Positions 20,848 through 33,721 are shown, counted from the first letter of the stretch. The stretch is DNA of 41,495 bases from Veleropilina oligotropha (GCA_048128005.1 JBEUKZ010000104.1:310001-351495), one strand, 5' to 3'. Made by a program: numbers and translations. The notes: generated by a model not told the origin, from the letters alone.

Positions 20848-21738
20848 GGAGTCAGGACAACTCGTGCCAGAGACAACTCGTGCCAGGACAAGTCGTGCCG
20901 AATTTAAGACAACTCGTGCCGATGTCGGGACAGCTCGTGCCTCGTTCAAGACTACTCGTGCCAAAAAATTACATTAAGCAATATGTGCTTTTATGAAGTT
21001 AATAAGCTAGATGTTGTTGTGGATAAATAATATGAATTTATAATGAATGGTGTTCACGGGACATCTCGTACCTCGCTGTCAAATAAATAAGTTATGAAAT
21101 CGGATGTGTTTGTTGTGCATAATAATAGTAGTCTGATTGAATTCAATTCAATGGAAACTTCAGGTATACGAAGTATATAAAAAATAATGAGTTTTAAAGT
21201 AATAAGCTTTTATTTAATATATATATAAGTGATTTGCAAATATAGCCTACAGTTGGCAATTTACAAATATGCACAGTTGACAATTTACATATTATATACA
21301 GTTAAAAATTTACATATATATACACTGTTACAGTATTTTTAAATATATATTTATATGGGAATGGGACCATTGAGCCTCGAACATCTTTTCAATAATTTCT
21401 TTGTTGATAGTCTTCCTTGGTTGGTTTAAACATATTTTTATTAGTGAAGAAATGATCATTATGTACAAATACATTAAGTAAAAATATACAGCAATTAGAT
21501 AGCAGGCTACTGCCTATATTAATCTTTTTGCTGTCAGTTTTTACATGGTATAAATAATTAATCATATTGGCATTCACGCTATTGTGATATACTTATGGTA
21601 TAGGAATATGTTATAGGAAGTGAACATTACATTACTGTGAGGATTGACATATTACTGTAGTCGTTGCTATGTGTATATTGTGTTTTGAGGTTCGGGTGTG
21701 AGCTTAGCTAATGATTTAGCTCTCATTATTTTGCTCTA

Positions 21739-24700
21739 TTAGGTTTTAAATCGTTCAGTTTTTTTAATGTATATCTGAACAGCTTTGAAAGTTTCACGGT
21801 TGGTAACTTCGCTATGGAGTCTGGTTCCAAATAGAAGGGTAGAGATGCTTTGTGCTTCAATTACTCTAAAAAGTACATTTCGTTGCTCGTTATAGTTCGG
21901 GCAGTACAATAAAAAATGTTCGACGTCTTCATTAACATGTCCACACGAGCAGGCTGGAGTTGCAATAATATTCAGTCTGAAGAGGGTAGAGTTGAGAAGG
22001 CAGCAGTCCCTTCGAAGTCTTGTGTGTGTAATAGCCAGTTTTCTATCATACTCATAATTTGTGTATAGGGGAAGTTCAATGTTAACGGAAATTCTGGATT
22101 TAAATGTGAAAATACTTGGAGAGTTTCTAACGTTTAGATCAAGGGCGTTCCAGTCGTAAATTGTTCTGGGAATACATGATTTCTTATATGCCTCTGTACG
22201 TGTTAATGGCGCGGTTAATTGATCACGATTTCGTATATTGTAGGGGTTTCGACTTCCTCGATTAGGAGGAATTAATAGTCTTAGAAAAGGCGGTGTCATA
22301 TTATTTAAGATTTTATACATCATTAGTAGTCGTTTATTTAATCTTCTTAATTTTAATGGAGTGATGCCAGTTTCCAGATATAAGTATTCTCTATGGCACC
22401 ATGAAGGCAGTCCAGTTATAATTCTCAAGCTTTCGCATTGGAGTTTTTCGAGAGATTCTGATTCATATTCATAGCAGTTATCCCAAACAATGGATCCGTA
22501 CTCGATTATTGGTCTAATGAATATTAAATAAATTTGTTTGAGTGTTTTTCTATTTAGTTTGTATTTATTTCTTCTAAGTAATCCTATTCTGCTCGATGCT
22601 TTTTGTTTAACATAAGAGAGATGATCAGTCCATGTTGCATTACTATTTAGTACGAGTCCAAGATGTTTATGAGTTTTTACAACGGGTATGGGAATATTAT
22701 TCATAAAGCATGTTGGTGGTTCTTGATTACGACCTCTCGTAATACATAGGCATTCCGTTTTTTCAGGGTTAAATTTGACATGCCAAACTTTCGACCATTT
22801 ATAAAGTTTGTCTAGTTCAGCGTTGAGATAATCCGATATATCTTCGTCATGCTCATGCGATATGAACATAGACGTGTCGTCTGCAAATAGTCTCATTTCA
22901 GGGCCTATGTTGGAAACGATATCGTTAATAAAAACTAGAAAGAGTAGAGGTCCAAGTACAGATCCTTGGGGTACCCCAGCTGACGTGTTTTGCCATGTCG
23001 ACAGATGACCATTACACAATACTCTTTGGCAGCGATCAGATAGGTAATTATCGAACCAACGTAAGAGTTGTCCTGATATACCGAAGGATTCCAGTTTGAT
23101 GAGAAGACCCCTATGCCACACCCTATCAAAAGCCTTTGAGACATCACAAAAGATGAATGTCATAGACTTGCCTTTATCCAGTTCACTTATAATAGTATTA
23201 TAAATTTCTAATAATTGGATTTCAGTAGAATGATTTGGAAGAAAACCCGACTGATAGGGATGCAGGATATTAGTTGATTTAATATGATTAAAAACATATT
23301 TATATACCACCTTCTCAAACACCTTACCGAGGTTACTCGTCAGAGAGATCGGTCTGAAATTGTTGGGAACATTTGCTCCAGTCATTTTGGCAATAGGAAT
23401 AACATGAGATTTTTTCCATGATTCTGGAAATTGTGCATTATCTAAACATCGCTGGAATAGATTTGTAAGTGGTGCTGTTATAGCATTGACAGTATTTTTC
23501 AATACATTTGTGCTGATGTTGTCAGGACCAGATGCTTTATTAGGTTTTAATGTTAAAATGGCGTCTTTAACATCTTGTTCATTTATATTTATGCAATTTA
23601 GTGTTAAGTTTGTTAGGTGTTGTACAGGTGGTTCGACATCACTGATTGCATCTATTGTGGAGTTAGATACGAAGTAATTGTTTAGAATTTCTGCTTTTAT
23701 TTTATCATTTAATATGCAAGATTCAACTCCATTTTGTATAATATTTAAGGCGGGAATAGCATTCTTTGTTTTTATATTATTTGACATTTTAAATAAATCC
23801 CACCACGCTTTACCCCGCAAATCATTATTACAGAGTTTAGAATATGTGTTCTTATCATATTCACATTTCGCGTTACGAACAGATGTAATGACTTCGTTTC
23901 TGATTCGCCTGTACTTTGCCCATAGTGTTTGATTATTAGTTTTCTTAGCTCTTTTATGGATACGATTTCGTTTGCGCATAAGGTTACGTACAACACCAGA
24001 CATCCATTTTTGGTCGCGTGGTCGTATGACAACATCTTTTGAGGGTATGAATGTTTTACTCATGTCATTTAAAAACTTCACTAGTGTGTCGCACATGTCA
24101 TTGACACTTATAGATGAGTTAAATACATCATTCCAGTTTACTTGATTAATACGAAGACTTATTTCGGTATAATTACCCAGATTATACCTCCAGATTTTAC
24201 GCTTGAAACAATCATTACTGTGCCTGGGGGTTGATAAGGTAAGTGTGAAATAACAATGGTCACTGCACAACGAGGGACATACTTCATGTGATTGTATTGT
24301 TTGTGGGCAGTTGGTTATAGCTAAGTCAATAATAGTGGCAGAACGTTCTGTTATTCTTGTTGGTTCCGTAATTATTTGCACGAAATTGTAAGAAGCCAGT
24401 ATATCATTAAAGTCAGAGGATACATTTGATAGAAAGTCTAAATTAAAATCACCCACAATGAATGTGTCTAACTGAAGGATATTTAGTTGTTCAAGTTGGT
24501 CGTTGAAGCTGGTTAGCCAGGTAGATAATGTAGTATTAGGAGGTCGATAGACACAACATATTATTGACGGACGTGCCGACAAACAAACTTTTACACACAC
24601 ATGCTCTATGTCAGCGCAATTAAAAAGTGTTATGCGTGAACTACTCAAGTTATTTTTTATGTATATTGCAACTCCACCACCGTGTCGATTTCTGTCACAT

Positions 24701-25134
24701 CTGTATAATGTGTAATTGTTGATTATAACATCATCATTTTCTATACTTGGATGTAGCCATGTCTCGGAAAGTGCTATAATGTCTGATGATTCTATTTCAG
24801 TTACTAATAGGTCATATTTTGGTAAGAGACTTCTGATATTGAGGTGAAAGATTTTCAATTGGGATAATTGCTGTGGACCAGGGTTGCATTCGATATCTCC
24901 ACATAGCAGAAGTAAAGAAATGAAAACGGTGAACCGTGCACTTCGGATAGCCGTGGTCATGACGTACATGAACAAGATGTATCTCTGCACCTCCCCAAGA
25001 GCGCGAAGTGTATTAAACCTGAATTGTCTTAGTGTTCTAGTGAAGCGAGTTGTTACGAATTTGCCTATTCTGCAGCGATACTGTCCTATGTCAATCCCCA
25101 TAATATGCGATGTATAATATAGACAATAATACAA
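21739..25134 (-). CDS. CR1/L2-group LINE ORF2: APE endonuclease + reverse transcriptase, with 2A-like peptide; intact
   Basis: 1131-aa open frame; NIRSL, LSETWL, GGGVAIY, YRPP, GDFN, SDH (APE); PQGSVLGPLLF, LFADD (RT); C-terminal CSCG..EHFLLYC; LLLLCGDIECNPGP. Confidence 0.95.
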   Translation of the reverse strand: MYYCLYYTSHIMGIDIGQYRCRIGKFVTTRFTRTLRQFRFNTLRALGEVQRYILFMYVMTTAIRSARFTVFISLLLLCGDIECNPGPQQLSQLKIFHLNIRSLLPKYDLLVTEIESSDIIALSETWLHPSIENDDVIINNYTLYRCDRNRHGGGVAIYIKNNLSSSRITLFNCADIEHVCVKVCLSARPSIICCVYRPPNTTLSTWLTSFNDQLEQLNILQLDTFIVGDFNLDFLSNVSSDFNDILASYNFVQIITEPTRITERSATIIDLAITNCPQTIQSHEVCPSLCSDHCYFTLTLSTPRHSNDCFKRKIWRYNLGNYTEISLRINQVNWNDVFNSSISVNDMCDTLVKFLNDMSKTFIPSKDVVIRPRDQKWMSGVVRNLMRKRNRIHKRAKKTNNQTLWAKYRRIRNEVITSVRNAKCEYDKNTYSKLCNNDLRGKAWWDLFKMSNNIKTKNAIPALNIIQNGVESCILNDKIKAEILNNYFVSNSTIDAISDVEPPVQHLTNLTLNCININEQDVKDAILTLKPNKASGPDNISTNVLKNTVNAITAPLTNLFQRCLDNAQFPESWKKSHVIPIAKMTGANVPNNFRPISLTSNLGKVFEKVVYKYVFNHIKSTNILHPYQSGFLPNHSTEIQLLEIYNTIISELDKGKSMTFIFCDVSKAFDRVWHRGLLIKLESFGISGQLLRWFDNYLSDRCQRVLCNGHLSTWQNTSAGVPQGSVLGPLLFLVFINDIVSNIGPEMRLFADDTSMFISHEHDEDISDYLNAELDKLYKWSKVWHVKFNPEKTECLCITRGRNQEPPTCFMNNIPIPVVKTHKHLGLVLNSNATWTDHLSYVKQKASSRIGLLRRNKYKLNRKTLKQIYLIFIRPIIEYGSIVWDNCYEYESESLEKLQCESLRIITGLPSWCHREYLYLETGITPLKLRRLNKRLLMMYKILNNMTPPFLRLLIPPNRGSRNPYNIRNRDQLTAPLTRTEAYKKSCIPRTIYDWNALDLNVRNSPSIFTFKSRISVNIELPLYTNYEYDRKLAITHTRLRRDCCLLNSTLFRLNIIATPACSCGHVNEDVEHFLLYCPNYNEQRNVLFRVIEAQSISTLLFGTRLHSEVTNRETFKAVQIYIKKTERFKT

Positions 25135-25988
25135 ATGACACTATATGTAGTGTTGTGTATTACAGGTGCTAAGACAATTTATAAAGTTGAAAATTTGAGC
25201 TCAACCTTTGACGTATATATAAACAACGCACAGTCAATAAATTATAATTGATATCATGCAAATTGTTGTAATCACGGATCCTGGCATAGGATTATATATT
25301 AAGATAGAGCCATATATAATATTGTAGAGCGTTTATATTGTAATATGATCCAGGCCAAGAGTCGGGGTATTCTATGTGTGACTGGTATGATGTGATTTCG
25401 TATTTCAAATTAGGACTTCAACATTGATCGCGGTGTGTGCGTTAGTGCATTGATGATTACACTAATCGGTGGCTATTCATTAGGTAAGGTGTTTCAAGAT
25501 CAGCAGGCAAGTGAGCGGGATATGCTTGCTGGCAGTCAGCTTGCTATCATGCAATATGTAACATTAAGACATTACTTAATCTGTTAATTGAGAAATTAAC
25601 ATCTAAGGCAGACAGTACAAGGAAATCAGTCGTTCATGGCAATTGATCATCGTTGAGAGAAATGGACAGGTTTTGCATGTTTTTGTCATTCAGAGTAGTG
25701 AGTCGTCAATTGATATTATGAAATTGACAGGTTTTGCATGTTTGAGTGATTCACATCATGTGACCAAACAGGAACATAAACATAAACATAGACTTAGGAT
25801 AATGTTTGACGAGTAATAAAATGTAGAAAGGGCTTGATCACTATCAAAATGAGTAATATACTCTACAAAGCAAGAGAAAAAGGCATGGAGTAATGAGTTA
25901 ACATACACGGTGATAGAGATACTTTTGCAACCTGATAGATAATATAATATGAACGTTTGTCGTTTTGAGGTCACTCACAGAGGGCTGC

Positions 25989-28900
25989 TTACATATTATA
26001 TACCGAATTATCCTCCCGATTTCGCTGGCTGAGTCGCGGTGTTGACGTTACTGCTGGTTGTCTTCCTTGGTTGTATTCCTCCCACGCGTTGAATAGGGAA
26101 CACTGCACTCTTTGAACTTTCTTTCTCTGGTACCTACACAACTTTCCCTCTGATACCAGCCGGAGTTGAATTGGCAATAATGTCGCTTCTTTGTGCAATT
26201 GGAGAAGCAGCATATAGAATGGAACTTTTCCCCCCGTTCTTGAATTCAGCCGTGTGTGCCATCCCTCTACGTCGTTGTTCGTTCGCACGCTCATCATGAA
26301 AACGGACCACGCATCTACGGACCACATCGTGCTCGTCATCCAGGTGTCGTCGATGTAGTTCAGTAGCAACGCTAAAGTGGAATTTGTATTCTTCTCCTTT
26401 ATCTGCTGAAACGAGGGAACGATGTGCTCTGCTGGGAGAAACGGGAGTGCCATTAGCTGCCGGACGAAGGAAAATACACTGCCTTTTTCGTTGTAGGTTA
26501 CCTGCAAAGTAGTAATTTTTTATAATACATTTTATAATATTGTTAATAAGGAAACCACACAATGAACAGTTGTATAGCTCGTCTTCGCTATTAACAGTGA
26601 AATATTCCTCATGAATTATGGATGTAAAAAAATGTGCAAATATTGTAAATTTGATTTGCTACTAAATTAATGTAAATCAATCATAAAAACCACCATAACG
26701 ACTCGGACCACACTACCATGGACGGAAACGATTTCATATTTAATATATTATATATAGAATAAGAGCGATATATACCTGCAATCCTAGTTCTTGGACTTTT
26801 CTCCATATCGCTTGCGTCCAGTGAAAAACGCACCCTTGTATTTTTGGATTGTTGAATATCGATCGAATAGCTTGCCATGCCGCGGCTTCAAAATCCAACA
26901 CAAATCGTTCGACGAGGGGCTCGGATGGCAACATTCGCACTAGAGATTTGAGAACCTAAAATGATGTAAAAGATACCATAAAATAGAGGCAACAAAGATC
27001 GTTTTGTGGAGTTATTTACAGACAATAACTGGCATGGGTGGGTCGCAGAAGAGAAGTACGAATGATGATAAGCAAGTGTATCAAGTCAATTCACGAAGGC
27101 AGATGAAAGTTATAGCAGAATGGAGTTATATTATGTGCGTGCGTGCTTGTTAAAACGCTTCATATTACAGTACATATTTTATTAAATAAATGATATATTT
27201 CCTTACCTTTTTGTAATCTCTCTTTCGTTTCCTGGACATCACACAGAACGCTAAAGGCAGCTGTTTCAGGGCATCATCACCTTTTACGAACGCATGCACT
27301 GAGAATAGTTGAATGAATGGCTTCTTTATTACTTTGAATGTACCATCGAGGTACCACGATTTAGCTTTCGCAAGAAGATTGAGCTGCTTATCGGTTGCGA
27401 ATATAAGATGGCGTTCGTCGTCTACGATAACGTCTTTTCGAAAAAATCCATCCGGAAGGAAATCAGTGTCCAACTGAAAATATACAATATAATTATTGTA
27501 AATGTGGTATTTTTAGCTTGTGTTCCTGTATTTAACAAAATATATTGCACTATATTATTGTAGACTAAATTGTATTTATATATATATTTGTGATTACATT
27601 AATAATATAATGATATCTCTGCATTATAATATATTCGCTATATATGACGTACTATTATTATACATACCATGAACTGCAGATCTACAGGATCTTTTGGACG
27701 GGTTTTCTGACGGACACGGTTTGCATTCCTAACTAAATTCGTAAATTTCGGACGGCTTGTTTCTGGTTGGGAGGGATTTGAAATTGTTGTATACACATCT
27801 TCGACAATATTTGGCGCGGATTGAAACACATTCCCTATTGCGTGTTCTTTGACCTACAATAATAATTATTACAAAATATATTAATAAAATTGAGAATTTC
27901 TAGAATATAGAAGAATAGGGTGATTACGTACTATTCAGGTACGTTTATAAAAGTTTCAATAATAAGTGCGACGATTAAGTAACATGACAGAGCGTATATA
28001 AAACATCTCGCCGAATAGAAAGAAACAAAACAGCAGATTCAAGCACAAGATAAATGTGAAAATAAACAATTGGATCCCATTAAATAATGAATAAATGCAA
28101 CATTTGTGAACACCTCATTTGTCTATATAACTTATGGGCCTAATAACTTACCTCTTTATGAATTAAGATCGATGTCAACGCGCCTGGCTTTCCAGTGTGC
28201 GAATGAGGTTTTCCACCAGGTACAAACGTCGTCCCTTTCTGTTGCACCGTTGCCGAACAGACCGTCGTCTTGTTTCGGACGCTACATATCCAGTAGGCAT
28301 TCTCGTTCTTCTGTCTCTAAATAAAATATACATACAGGTAAATGAATTGAAATATTAATAACCAAACATTCTTCCGATAAATGATTGTAAGCTTTTGGCA
28401 TGTTGTATTAATAATTAATTATTTATTACTTAATGTAGCTGGTAAAAATATTTAAAATAACTTGTTATGGTAACACTGTCGATGAAACTCACCTTCACTG
28501 TATACGAAAATCCATCAGAATCTACCAGTTTCCTTTTCCCACGCTGACTTGCGGTTTCAACAATGGTATACGTAACATCGTTAGGTGTGGCCATTACCGA
28601 ATCGTTAACAGCTGATGTGTCCAGTAAAGAACTAAAAATATAGAATAACAGTCATGTGATGATAAAATGAAACCATATGTAAACTCTAAATCTATATGTA
28701 TATGTAGGCCTATGTACATGGTGAAATGAAAATATAGGCTAGACCTGCTGCCAGATCGCGAAAATTGCATCCCATATGTAAATGTGATATACGCATTAAA
28801 TATTGTCTAATCTAAATAAAACATCGTGTATATGAATTTGTATGTAAATATGACAAATATTGCACAATAACTTACCTTTCAAGTATAGGTACTGGAATCG

Positions 28901-30272
28901 CATATGGCCTGTGGAATTCGTCAAAATCATCAACTTCTCCACGATTTTCGGACGCCTCTTCATGGGTGGAATCATTCGATGGACCAGCTTCAGTGCAAGG
29001 AATACACTTCCACGCAAAGTCTTCACCCCTCTTAAGTTGTCGCGAGATTTCTCTATACCGATCCCTATCAATTCCTGCAATATATGAATCAGTTCAAATA
29101 TAGCATTGTTTTTAATATATTATACTAAATGATGTTTACACTAAATGTGTTTCAGAAGATAGAGAGGGTGCGTCGATTTACCCCCATCGACCCCAATCGA
29201 CCCCAATCGAACCCCAATCGACCTCAAGGCTTAATTGCAATTGCGTACTTCGTTTTTGAGTCCGTCGAAGTCGGGAGCGCAAATGTTGAATTCCGCAGTT
29301 ACTTTCTGTGTTGCTATATTTAGACTGTTGTGTAGAAAACTACTAAAACCTCCATGTCTTATATATTTGCCCATGACGCGGCTTCAAGCCCTGATCGGGC
29401 ATTCATTTGTATTACTATAAGATCAAAGGTTCACTTTCTGATTCCTCATACTTTATGCTGGTCGGCATACGCCATATAAGGCTCGGTTTCGAGATCAAAG
29501 GTTCACTTTCTGCTTCCTCATACTTTGTGCTCGTCGGCATACGCCATATAAGGCTCGGTTTCGAGATCAGAGGTTGGCACATCTCCAACTGTCGAACTCC
29601 AGTCAAAACAATCGCATAACATTAAGCAACTTGCTTGAACTAAACTTTGTTGATAGTTAAGTAGATTTGCGCACACAACGGAACCGACAAGGACACTATT
29701 TAGCGCAATAAAAATAATAATTACAAAATAAAGATAACATAATTCATTATATATTTGTATTGTTTATCATATTTGCATGCTACCAGTTGGATTTAGTTCG
29801 TGTAATTAGAACCGTTTCGCGAATTCAATATTTGTGATCCGGACTTCCGCGAACTAAAAAACGATGTACGTAATTGCAATTGTGCCTAATATAATTAAAT
29901 AAATCATAATGTGCACATTATGGATGTATATTATAGTTGACAGGGGGTCGATTGGGGTTCGATTGGGGTTCGATTGGGGTCGATTGGGGTAAATCGACGT
30001 GCCGGATAGAGATGTTGTGAAGATCGACATTGTTAAAGGACAGTTCTTAACCCTAAAATATTGGGTAATTATAATAACAAGTGATTAATTTAATTTAAAA
30101 TGCACTCATTTGTTAATCAAGAGTGGACACGTTTATACTTTTAAAATGTTTTTATAATGTTCTTACCTGTTCCACATTTTCTATGCTGCCAATCCGAGCA
30201 TCCATCACACTGAAAAGCCTCCTGTCGTGGTCCGACCGCCAGTTTACACGATATGCACAGAAAGATTTCCAT
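25989..30272 (-). CDS. 8-exon MULE transposase with N-terminal PHD finger and FLYWCH domain (~584 aa)
   Basis: GT-AG exons 30167-30272, 28876-29074, 28493-28631, 28152-28316, 27668-27853, 27207-27473, 26776-26955, 25989-26501 splice in frame (1755 nt); PHD CISC..CDGC..HRKC..WKCIPC; FLYWCH YWIC..C..HSH; catalytic [19 protein letters not shown]. Confidence 0.88.
29166..30004. mobile_element. MITE in intron 1 of the transposase, 8-bp TSD
   Basis: TIRs cgtcgatttacccc..(ccccaatcga)n / (tcgattgggg)n..taaatcgacg; TSD GATAGAGA at 29158-29165 and 30005-30012; internal 72-bp tandem duplication 29421-29564. Confidence 0.85.
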
Positions 30273-30842
30273 TGCAATGAGTAATGATTGTTGGAGAGTA
30301 CTCGGTTATATACAAATCTTGATGAACGTTGGTCACTTGTCATTTATGAGTAAGTTCTCACTCTTCTTAAATCCCCTCATGGCACTAATACGATTAATCT
30401 GATTAGCATTAATCGGATTAAAGCCGTCGTTATTGGTAATATTATAAGAAAATATTAGTGGTAAATCTTTATGAATATAATAAAATGCCTTTAAATCAAA
30501 TGCAAACTAAAGTAATAAATGAGTATTGGAGTATTACATTTTATATTGAGTTTATATATTATAGGCTTGCGGTTTGTACAAACAACATTGTTACAACCCG
30601 ATTAAAGCATTATTCATATTATTTATCCACAACAATAACATCTATAGCTTACTAACTTCATAAAAGCACATATTGCTTAATGTAATTTACATGGATATGC
30701 TTATTTTTAATTTGGTACGACTTTTATTTGATTTGGCACGAGTAGTCTTGCACGAGGCACGAGCTGTCCCGACATCGGCACGAGTTGTCTTAAATTCGGC
30801 ACGACTTGTCCTGGCACGAGTTGTCTCTGGCACGAGTTGTCT

Positions 30843-31238
30843 AGTGAACAGGTCAAACACCAACAAACGCTGTTAAAGTCAAACTTCGATCTGTCCAGCT
30901 CATCAACAAACGTTGACATGGTGCGCTCAAAACGAAGTAGTACTCGGGAGACTAAGGGCTCAAATAAACCGAAACATTTTGGCACACAAAATTCAAGTCA
31001 ATACAATGCAAATAAACGCGAAAATCAAGCATACAAGTGCACAAGATGTGGTCGAACACCAAATCATGCATTTAAAGATTGTCCAGCCAGAGATGCGACT
31101 TGTCACAAATGTGCTAAACAGGGTCATTACGCTAAACTTTGCCGATCAAAAAGCAACAAAGTAGCCATGATCAGAGAACAGTACGACAGCGATAGTGAGA
31201 ACGATCAGATATTCTTGGGTTCAGTACACTCACTGTGA
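30843..31238 (+). pseudogene. gag: Gypsy gag C-terminal part with two zinc knuckles
   Basis: SEQVKHQQ...CTRCGRTPNHAFKDCPARDATCHKCAKQGHYAKLC. Confidence 0.9.
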
Positions 31239-32506
31239 CTCAGGCAGCCAACCTTGGTCAGTAAAACTCACTCTCGGAAATGAACCAATGAAGTTCAAAA
31301 TCGATACAGGTGCAGACGTCACGGCAATACCCGCAAAGCTGTACGATAGCTTAAATCTACCTCCATTAACAGTCAGTAAGAAAACACTCTATGGAGCAGG
31401 GAACACAACTCTCAAGGTACGAGGCAAGTTCAAGGGAAAACTTAGCACCTCGACGAAAGAAACTACCGAGGAGATTTACGTTGTGAAAGGCTTACATGCA
31501 GCATTATTGGGAAGACCAGCAATCTCATCTCTCAATATAATTGAGATAGCACATATCGATACGATCAGTTCCCAAAAGCAATGCAAAGCGAAATTCCCTA
31601 AACTGTACAAAGGATTGGGAAAACTCAAAGAGGAATATCGCATCAAACTCGACCCTCATGCAGAGCCATATGCAACAACGGCACCACGACGAATACCCCT
31701 ACCCCTAATCCCAAAAGTGAAAGAGGAACTTCAACGAATGGAGGATATAGGAGTAATTTCACCAGTCACTGAGCCTACCGATTGGTGTGCCGGGATGGTA
31801 GTCGTACCCAAGCCAAATGGCAGTGTCAGAATCTGCGTAGATCTGACAAAATTAAACAAGAGCGTCAAGACAGAAAAACTCATTCTACCTTCAGTGGACG
31901 AGACACTGGGAAAACTAAGTGGTGCAAAAGTGTTCACGAAACTAGACGCTAACTCAGGATTTTGGCAAGTTCCACTATCCTAAGATTCTTCTCTCCTGAC
32001 TACATTCATTACGCCCCTAGGAAGATATCGCTTCAACAGATTACCCTTTGGCATAAACTCAGCCACAGAACACTTTCAACGACGAATCATGCAGATCCTC
32101 GATAATTGCAAAGGAGTGGTGAGTCACGTTGACGATATGCTGATATTCGGTGCCACTCAGGAGGAACATGATGTACATACAACAGAAGTACTAAGACGAC
32201 TGGAAAATGCTGGCATCACACTAAATGAGAAATGTGAAACGAGAAAACACACCTCGATCGTATACTGTCCAAACGCCTAATCGACAGTACAGAAGAAATC
32301 GGAAACATCTCTCGTATTCGCCCCACCCAATCGAAATCATCGACAACGACAGTGATGAACACGACGAATTCGAAATCGACCACGACTCGAACGAAACACG
32401 CGACGTGATACCAAGTCCGATGAACATTCAAAATCCTACGTGTGCCCCACCGATTACTACCAGATCGGGACGTCAAATCAAACCAGTGCAGAAACTTGAT
32501 TTGTGA
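31230..32506 (+). pseudogene. pol: Gypsy pol remnant: protease + RT joined to integrase C-terminal tail
   Basis: KIDTGADVT protease; RT RICVDLTKLN, LDANSGFWQ, LPFG, HVDD; stop at 31981; deletion near 32238 removes RNase H and integrase core, resuming at PRSYTVQT..RRNRKHL. Confidence 0.9.
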
Positions 32507-32691
32507 ATAGTGTCATTATTACAAGAGACTCTAAACGTGAAATTGTTGTTATTGACCTAGATATAAAGCTAACAGGTAAATTACAAGGTTCAACGTTTAA
32601 TCACATATGGACATTCACTTGAATGGGCTTCACCCATCATCGCACGTTGAATCTATATGTACGCGTATCTTTCATATCCCAGTAAGGGAGA

Positions 32692-32855
32692 TGTGGTGTT
32701 ATCCGTATTTTAGTATAGGTATACTTACCTCCGGGTTTTACTTGGTCATATAAATGGATTACAAATGGCTGCGTGACTTGTCGTTCGTCTATCGTTAGCA
32801 CCTGAGGTATCAGCCCATAACGCGAGTCATACTTACCGGCCCCGCTAACACAACA
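32692..32855 (+). repeat. 3' LTR (164 bp)
   Basis: Starts TG after the polypurine tract, ends ACAACA. Confidence 0.9.
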
Positions 32856-32910
32856 GCCCCTTACAAGGCCGCCATTGTTCTGCACGGCCTTAGCATTCAA
32901 ATAGCCCGGC

Positions 32911-33540
32911 TGTACAATACAATACTTTATTGGCACAAGATCGATTTACAAAAAGATATAGCCAGTGAAAGACAACAATAACACAAATTACAGAATGAAT
33001 ACAATTGGCTCATAAGTATATATATAAGATACAAGCAAGATGCCATCCCATCTTAAAATTAGAAATATTTGTAAGAAGTTAATTATAAATTTCATTTGGA
33101 CAGTAACTGCTCTCTAATGTTAAAACCTTTGTATATAAAATCCAGAATGCACTTTGAAATTTCACTATCACCTTCATTATATCCTATAAGAAAGATAAAT
33201 TTTTCCTGCATGTTTAATGAGTCGAAGTTTATAGATATTGAATTCAAATGCCTAAACAGTTCTTGCCTTTCGCAATGGTATAAGGGGCAGGTCAAAAGAA
33301 AGTGGTTTTCGTCCTCCACTGCAGAAGAATTACACACCTTGCATGTTCTCTTTTCGGCAGGAATGCTAGGATTCGAATGCCTGCCTACTTCAATTTGAAG
33401 TGAATGTGAGCTTGTTCTTAATTTAGAAAATAATTTACGTTTGTTAAAATTCTTCTCACATAGGAGGTAATTTTCCATACAAAAGTGTTGTTTAAAGAGG
33501 CGATAAGTGCGGAGTTTGCAGCCTCGAGTAGGGTCAGCTG
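32911..33540 (-). mobile_element. 3' fragment of a LINE
   Basis: KLRTYRLFK..KLRTSSHSLQIEVGRH..CKVC..EDENHFLLTCPLY; 3' end AATAAA followed by (TATTG)n tail. Confidence 0.85.
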
Positions 33541-33559
33541 CCACTCTGCTCGCATAGTC

Positions 33560-33721
33560 CACAGTCCCCGGACGCTCGGCCCAAAAATACGAATAAAACC
33601 CGTTCTACACATTGCCCCATATACTGATGTATATAATCTATATATTATATACATCAGTATATGGGGCATTGTGTAGAACGGGTTTTATTCGTATTTTTGG
33701 GCCTAGCGTCCGGGGACTGTG
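33560..33721. mobile_element. 162-bp palindromic (foldback) MITE with 7-bp flanking duplication
   Basis: ~78-bp arms CACAGTCCCCGGACGCT.../...AGCGTCCGGGGACTGTG; CATAGTC on both sides (33553-33559, 33722-33728). Confidence 0.85.

Larger units (their letters stand above)
20848..30841 (-). mobile_element. Mutator/MULE DNA transposon with ~200-bp TIRs
   Basis: TIRs with repeated GACAACTCGTGCC at 20856-21047 and inverted at 30612-30841; internal transposase; right terminus clipped, no TSD seen. Confidence 0.9.
20216..32855 (+). mobile_element. Ty3/Gypsy (Mag clade) LTR retrotransposon, interrupted and internally deleted
   Basis: Partial 5' LTR 20216-20318, PBS TGGTGTCAGAA (tRNA-Leu type) at 20319, PPT AAGGGAGA then 3' LTR 32692-32855 (TG...CA); gag, protease, RT present. 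Confidence 0.93.

Noticed and set aside
28796..29080. 94-aa ORF given in the track
   Set aside because: Wrong frame; the spliced exon 28876-29074 reads GIDRDRY..WKCIPC
31195..31240. Programmed gag-pol frameshift
   Set aside because: No slippery heptamer seen; Mag elements usually have a single ORF and this copy has other lesions, so an indel is more likely
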